This document shows, piece by piece, positions 57,132-64,000 of a stretch of DNA of 64,000 bases. Positions within the stretch are counted from its first letter, which is position 1. Each line of letters opens with the position of its first letter. The stretch comes from Syncephalis fuscata S228 (taxonomy: Eukaryota; Fungi; Zoopagomycota). The stretch is from assembly GCA_025786725.1 (NCBI GenBank), contig JAHLTZ010000029.1, positions 1-64,000 on the forward strand. The letters run 5' to 3'. The position numbers were made by a program, and so were the translations under genes. The notes under the pieces are model-generated. The model saw only the letters and a list, made by a program, of their open reading frames with translations. It ran no database searches and was not told where the DNA came from.

Positions 57132-58145
57132 ATGCCATTTATTGATGATAGTAACAGTGTAAACCGCGAACGGCTGAACCGTATGGCAAACGAATGGAAT
57201 ACGACTGTCGATTTGCTTGATACTATATCAATATACGACTTTTACATGAAAGACACTGGTAATATTTACGGCTCATATGAGCGTTTATCTGGCACTCAAA
57301 TGGAAATAGCTTTTTCATGCGTGTTACTTTATGTGTCTATGTATAACTGCATTACTACCAGAAAAATGATTATAATACGACCATATACAATAGCTGCATG
57401 GTGTTGTTTAATTCCATCTTTTGTAGGTTTTTTAACTGGAATATTTGTTATAATTGCAGTACTAGGCGGTCCAATGGCTTGTCGAGAGCTTATATTGCTA
57501 AATGTAACTGGAGTAACCATTGTTAATCCATGTAACAGCCTTGTTTTACTTCAAAAAACATATTTAATATTGTCACGCCCAAAATGGATTATATAAGTTG
57601 GCATTCTGCTTATAGTAGCTCAGTTAAGCTTTATAGGTATGCTTTTTTATAGTACATTCACTATCGAGACAAAAGTCGGCTGCGTAAATTATTATCCAAG
57701 TTTATTTGTATGGTATTGGGTATCTGTCTCTATACCTGGTAACATACTGTTTTCAGTCCTTTTTAGTCGGATTGCACTAAAACAATACCGGATGTTTGGA
57801 TCAGACATGTGGAAACGATTAGCCCGTGATGGTTTACAAATAATGTCCATGACTGTACTATGCAATACAATATGCTACGCTTTCATTGCATTTCGAATTG
57901 GGGGAGATAATGCTGAACTACTTTTTGTTGTAGATTGGTAAGAGATAGTATTATGTATTGCAATATAAACTAATTGACTGATATATAGGATGATTATTGC
58001 TACACTATTAGCCAAACGCTGTGAAAGAATGCGCAAAATTAGGGATGAATCAAATCGACCCAAGACCGAATATATGATTGGTGTATCACAGATCATTACT
58101 GCGGTCTCATTAACAGAACTTGATAGTTTAAAATATAACATATAG
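57132..58145 (+). pseudogene. 7TM receptor-like family member A, single in-frame TAA at 57594-57596 (intron 57938-57988)
   Basis: Seven hydrophobic segments; homologous to the intact copy at 59714; frame continues through the stop. Confidence 0.7.
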
Positions 58146-59713
58146 TAGCTTTTTATCTATCGTAAAGAATATAATCAAATCAATAAATTGTAACATCTAT
58201 AAATGTATATGCTTAAAATATAACGTACAAAAGCTTTTTTGGTTTCCTAGAAAAATTATTAAGTTATGTGAATATTCTCTATGCAAACGAAAAATAGGAT
58301 TGGAAATAAATTTATTATTTATTATTTTATTATAAATTGCTGTAGATCATAAGCTAAATAACAGTCTATAAGTATATTCATAAATGTTTAATTTTGATAT
58401 TAGCTGATACCAAAGATATATATAAATTATCGCATTAGATTTGGCATCCCATCCAAATGTGTAATAGCTTACATGATAGCCATTGTATTGACTAATGATG
58501 AAGTTAAGTATTTTATATAAATTTATCGTCTTTGCCTACTTTCTAATTCTCAATAATACGCAGAACCAATGTTTGATTAAATAAAGATATTAAAAACGAA
58601 GAATAAACGTGGCTAATATCAATTTGTCAACTTGCTGAATTTAACACTGGCAGTGCGAGTTGATGTTAAAATGTTTTGTTGAAAATATGTTTTAAGTATT
58701 GTTAAATATTACTCGCACCCATTTACCTTAACATCTGTTTTATAGTTAAAGCATTAACAATTAATAGTTGCTTACACCTTTTCAAATGTATTGCAATTGT
58801 AGATTTGTATCGCCAATCTTAAACATCATCGGATTTGGCTTATGGCTTCACTTTGCCATCTGACAAATATAATGATGGTTGGTGTCTTTTCATTGTCAAA
58901 TAGAGCTTCGGTGTGCACTCTATATATTTGCCATATTGCTGGCGCATATATTACTTTGCTTCCTAAATAAACTTGTTTCATGCCTACAATCCGCTCAAAG
59001 CATTTGCCAGCTCTAGGGGTGTTGATTGGGGCAATAGTGTACAAATCCAGTCAAAAACTACCAATCATTCTCCAAAGCTCTTGAATGCGTCTACACTGAT
59101 AAAAATGATGCTTTAATGCCTTTGTTCATTCTCACCCATCGATAATCCACAGGTTGCATAAATATTTCTATTTTTGTAACATTTTAGCAATGATTAGGCT
59201 GCACATGGTGTTTTTTACCATAGCAAGCAAAGCCGTTGCATAAATAGTCGGGTAATCCATTAAACCACTTAACAAGTTATCATACCTGTTGTTAGGATGT
59301 GCATGCTGTTATCGCCGCATGTAGACTATTATTCACTGCAATAGCATTTATTTTATTTTATGCTGACATGTGCTATTATTTATATCAGATATTAAACATT
59401 GATATTACAAAATATACTGTTTATTTAGCTTAACATTAAAGATAGTCGTAATTTTTATATATTGTTAAGTGTCAATCATTCTTGTTTTATCTATACTATT
59501 ATTATCAACAAAGACTTTTGTAAGCTAAGGCCTGTTTATGCAGGATTAGTATATCACGTGTACTAGAACCGTATATATCAATTATCCGTAATGTTACCTG
59601 TGTAAATATACATAAGCATGCAAGATAGAGTAGCACTAACACCGCCATTGTTCAGTCCAGTCTAGTTCACTACTTTTACTTACATTTTTATTATCTTTGT
59701 ATTTAATATAAGC

Positions 59714-60709
59714 ATGCCTGTTGATCATAATAATTCAATACTTGGGACCAAGTGGGAAAAGAATGCCACTTATTTTCTTGGTATTCCTCTTTATCCACTT
59801 GGAGAAATGCGAGCCGTTGACTATATAATGGACTCTGCCGATAATAGAGACTTAATGCACAAACGTTTGTTTGGTTTTAATGGCCAGGTGGCGTTTATGG
59901 TAATATCTGGTTGCATTTTTGCACAGAATGTGTATCTTTCTGTCCAAATGATCGCTGCAGGCTCTCGTAAACTTTCATCGTGGTGCTGCTTAATTTCATC
60001 AATTTCGGGCCTTATTCTAGGTATACTGAGCACTCAGACATTATCATCATTCGGTTTAAGCTGTAGAGTACTCTGTTGGTACATTACTCTAGGAATAGGC
60101 ACAACACTTGTTTGCTGCAGCGCAATCATTTTGCAGAAAGCCTACCTTGTATTGTGTAGGCCACGTTGGGTTTTGATTGTTGGTATAATATGCATCTTGC
60201 CTCAAGCAGGCTATCCAATAATGGGCACCACTGTAATGCGCCTTACTTTAGCTGAATATGTAGGCTGTGTTGCTTTCTATTCAAGCGTTTTACCTTGGTA
60301 TTGGTCTGGATCGGTGTTACCCATCAATCTTTTATTTTCTAGTATTTTCAGCTATGTTGCCTATAAACAATATAAACTTTTTGGATCAGAGGCATGGAAA
60401 CGCCTAGCACAGGAAGGCATTCAAACGATGGCGTCAGTGGTCACATGTAACATATTATGTGGTATGTTTATTTTTCTTGAAATCGGCGAGAGTTTTTCAG
60501 AGTTTTTTTTCCTTATTGACTGGTAAGTAAATATTAAATAATGCGTTACAATATACTAAACCAATGTTAGGCTTGTCTCTACAACAATTTTGGTTAGGCA
60601 TTGCAGTAACATGCGTAAGATTGGCAGGCTATCGCATCGCCCACGAACCGAAAATATTATGCATTTGTCGCAAATTCAAACAGTTAAACATTTTCAACAA
60701 CTTCCATAG
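59714..60709 (+). CDS. 7TM receptor-like family member B, intact (2 exons, exon 2 from 60571)
   Basis: Seven hydrophobic helices, conserved Cys before TM3 and in ECL2 (SCR / GC), LQKAY, FGSEAWKRLA; same phase-2 intron after DW as A and C. Confidence 0.75.
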
Positions 60710-61878
60710 AATAATAGACTGTTAATTGGTCAATATGTAGCAATTGTGCTAATATCGCTAGATTTATTCGCAAATCATAGCAAATAGAAATATCTTGATT
60801 ATTCATTTTTATGCCCTTAGAATAAACTGGTATATTTCGAGTCAGATCAAAGTATTTAATGGACTATGAGCATCAAATACACTTTTCTGCGCTAGAAACA
60901 ATGACAAGTCTCGCCTCTAACAAAAAAACCATTACAAGGAAGCTATTGAGCAAGCTAGTAACTTTATAAATACCATCTAAAAGCAACAACTATATTATAA
61001 CTGACATCAACAGAATTGAATGAACGAGCAAAAAAGCTACAGTAATTATGTTGTAATAGCGTTAGCCTAAACAGCAATAAAGCAGTATTTCTACGCTAAT
61101 ATCGCTTTATTAAAAGATAAACAAAAGTAGCATGTATTTATATTGAGCGTATACTGTCCGTGTATTTTCAATGTAGAAATATCGTATAGTTTTTAGAGCC
61201 AGAGATCATTTAGCTGTTAATCAAACCTGCGACATTATAAATCATTACACATTTTTAAAATTTATAAATAAACTCAATAGTACTCGTATATATTTTGATT
61301 TTAGTGTACTAGTGACCTAAATTTACCATGCTGCACACACTTGAACAAAATACTAAATGTGATGCAGCAGTTTATATAATATCTTCTATGCGATCATCAC
61401 TAAAATTAAGTGTTCTCAATATCTATAGCCTGGTGCTTAGCTGATGATTTCCAGCAATATATAATATGATTTTAACACACTATAAAGTCTTAGCCACTTT
61501 TGCTATCGTATTGTGTTAATTCTTATTATATGGTTAAAACTAAATAATCTATACCGTCCATGCTTTTGCATTGCATTCAGCAGCAATATAAGTATTATTG
61601 CGCACAGCTCATACCGCGTAACAGCAGTGCATGCATGCATATCATTCATTAGCCTATTCGAGACCTCGTATAAACCAGTGTTGGGGTGCTACTGCACATA
61701 CAATCACTGGAATATATACCATATGGTATTGACTTTTAATATGCAAGAACCCATTCACTTATTTTTCTAATTATATAAATTTCTAAAACTGTAACAGTCA
61801 TTCAGCTACTCAACTATCTATTATTTCTATATTATTATTAATAATTCATTTTGTTTATACTATATTGTACCCGCAACA

Positions 61879-62892
61879 ATGCCATTTATTGAAAATAGCG
61901 ATGGTTTATATCTTAAGCGGTTGAACCATCTTTCAAACGAATGGAATATGGCTGTCAATTCACTTGGTACTATATCAATATACGGCTTTTACATGCAAGC
62001 TACTGGTAATATCCAAGAACAACGTGACCAATTATTAGGCATTCAAATGCAGATGGTGCTGTTATATATAGTGCTGTATGTATCTACACACAACTGTATT
62101 ACTATCAGTAGAATGGTTATAGCACAACCTTATGCAATAGCTGCATGGTGCTGTTTAATTCCATCTTTTGTAGGTTTTTTAACTGGAATATTTGTTATAA
62201 TTGCAGTACTAGGCGGTTCAATGGCTTGTCGAGAGCTTACATTGACAATTTTAACTGGAATGGCTTTTGCTAATCCATGTAACAGTTTGGTTTTACTTCA
62301 AAAAACATATTTAATACCATCATGTCCAAAATAAATTATATACATTGGTACTCCGCTTATACTAGCTCAACTAAGCTTTATAACTGTGCTTTTCTATAGC
62401 ATATTTACTATCGAAACAAAAGTCGGCTGCGTAGATTATCATCCAAAGCTGTTTTTATGGTATTGGTTTTCTGTTTCTATGCCTGATAACATACTATTAT
62501 CAGCACTTTTTAGTCGAATTGCACTAAAGCAATATCGGATGTTTGGCTCAGACATGTGGAAGCGATTAGCCCGTGATGGTTTACAAATAATGTCCATGAC
62601 TGTGCTGTGCAATACAATATGCTACGCTTTCATTGCATTTCGAATTGGGGGAGATAATGCTGAACTACTTTTTGTTGTAGATTGGTAAGAGATAGTATTA
62701 TGTATTGCAATATAAACTAATTGACTGATATATAGGATGATTATTGCTACACTATTAGCCAAACGCTGTGAAAGAATGCGCAAAATTAGGGATGAATCAA
62801 ATCGACCCAAGACCGAATATATGATTGGTGTATCACAGATCACTACTGCGGTCTCATTAACAGAACTTGACAGTTTAAAATACAACATATAA
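61879..62892 (+). pseudogene. 7TM receptor-like family member C, single in-frame TAA at 62332-62334
   Basis: Paralogue of A including ~200 bp of promoter and the intron; frame continues through the stop. Confidence 0.7.
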
Positions 62893-63324
62893 GCATATTT
62901 ATCTATATCAATATTGCAATGAATTATAATCAAAATATTGACTTGTAAAAACTATAAGAAAGATATACATAAAAATAATGTAAGAATAGTATTTTACATA
63001 GTTTTATAACCTTTGTTTATTTCCAATAATATATTGCACCAATACTTGACTAAATAACAATGAAATAAAATTAATATAAATATCAATACTATATTGGCAT
63101 ATATGCAGTGATAGCATACATTTATATTAATCGTATATTATTCGCGTATTCTAAAATAAAAAATAAACTATCTTTTAAGGCTGAGTGACTAGTTGAACCA
63201 AAAGCTAGCACATAACACTGTAATTAAATAAAATGAGATAAGCACTAAAAATCATATTGTTTATTATTATCGTGTTTATTAAAATAAGAAAATAGTTACA
63301 AATTCTAATTCTTATGTATAAATA

Positions 63325-64000
63325 TTAGTTTTTAGATTGGTTAGATTTTTTCTTGAAAAAGTCAGTAACTTTTGTTCGTTTTGAAGGAGATGGTGCAGAC
63401 TTGTCTGGTTTAGTCAATGGATTGGGTCGTTTGGAATTAGCTGGTGGATTTGAAATATTTGTTTTATCATAATTATTGCTATTTACTACTGTGGATAGAC
63501 TACGCAAGTTGTGACTAGTGGCTTGTCTAAATTCATGCCGTTCTTTTTCCATCAACGACATAGCCAAATGAAAGTCTTGATGTTCCTGTTGATCTGATAA
63601 TGAGATTTTCTTTTTACACTTGTCGCATTGAAACGTCCAGTCATCAGCATCATTATTATTTTCGACAGAATTGATTGTATCTAAAAATAATTCTTTAGAT
63701 TGATTGTCTTCCAGTACGGCATCTTTATCTTTAAAAAACTCATTAAGAACGCGTGGTTTTGCCGATATATGTGTTTTAAGCTTAGGCGATGGTGGCCGGG
63801 GTATTAATGGTGTAATGGAGGTTGATTCTGCTAGTTCTATTGTATCCGGTGTACTTGTCTTAAAAAATCGAGTAATATCCATACGTGGATCTTGTTCTGC
63901 TTTGAACTGACTTACGAAAATAGATAATCCACGGCAAGGAATGGGTACTGGCATATTGCGCAGTAAACGCAATGTTCGATTGCCCAATAAGTCTGGCGTG
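63325..64000 (-). CDS. RAD30: 3' end of Y-family DNA polymerase eta (gene continues beyond the window)
   Basis: End of little-finger domain PCRGLSIFVSQF, DITRFF, UBZ3 CDKC...EHQDFHLAMSL, terminal NLS/PIP-like KRTKVTDFFKK. Confidence 0.8.
   Translation of the reverse strand, partial: TPDLLGNRTLRLLRNMPVPIPCRGLSIFVSQFKAEQDPRMDITRFFKTSTPDTIELAESTSITPLIPRPPSPKLKTHISAKPRVLNEFFKDKDAVLEDNQSKELFLDTINSVENNNDADDWTFQCDKCKKKISLSDQQEHQDFHLAMSLMEKERHEFRQATSHNLRSLSTVVNSNNYDKTNISNPPANSKRPNPLTKPDKSAPSPSKRTKVTDFFKKKSNQSKN

Noticed and set aside
58480-59260. Minus-strand ORF 58826-59044 as a gene between the 7TM paralogues
   Set aside because: Short, non-ATG start, interrupted by stops and with no motif I recognise; it may be a decayed gene but I cannot support it.

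Overview
AT-rich, intron-dense eukaryotic DNA with short GT-AG introns and CTAAC/CTAAT branch sites. It looks like an early-diverging fungus; a Zoopagomycota/Syncephalis-like mycoparasite is my inference only. About 20 genes are recognisable: ATP17, ALO1, a Whi3/Scw1-type RRM protein, TAN1, a RabL3-like GTPase, an Rtt106-domain protein, a TKL-type kinase, Elongin A, MAF1, KGD2, YCS4, PCH2, H2B/H2A, NIP7, RPL28/uL15, APC1, ECT1/PCYT2, a MYST acetyltransferase and the 3' end of Pol eta. There is also a lineage-specific 7TM receptor-like cluster, an intronic snR64/SNORD74-type snoRNA and a MITE-like inverted repeat. The most unusual signal is at 19.87-21.14 kb: a signal-peptide-like exon followed by a regular ~82-bp array of [intron + 3-nt exon] units, i.e. 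a putative single-codon micro-exon gene that is partly decayed in this copy. Other notable items are a U12-type intron in ECT1, a WNK-like lysine switch in a SAP-domain kinase, a PTS1 signal on ALO1, a GCAU cluster in the Whi3-like 5'UTR and an unexplained ~470-nt structured island. Several essential genes carry 1-bp frameshifts that are most likely assembly indels. All gene models were read by eye; no searches were run.
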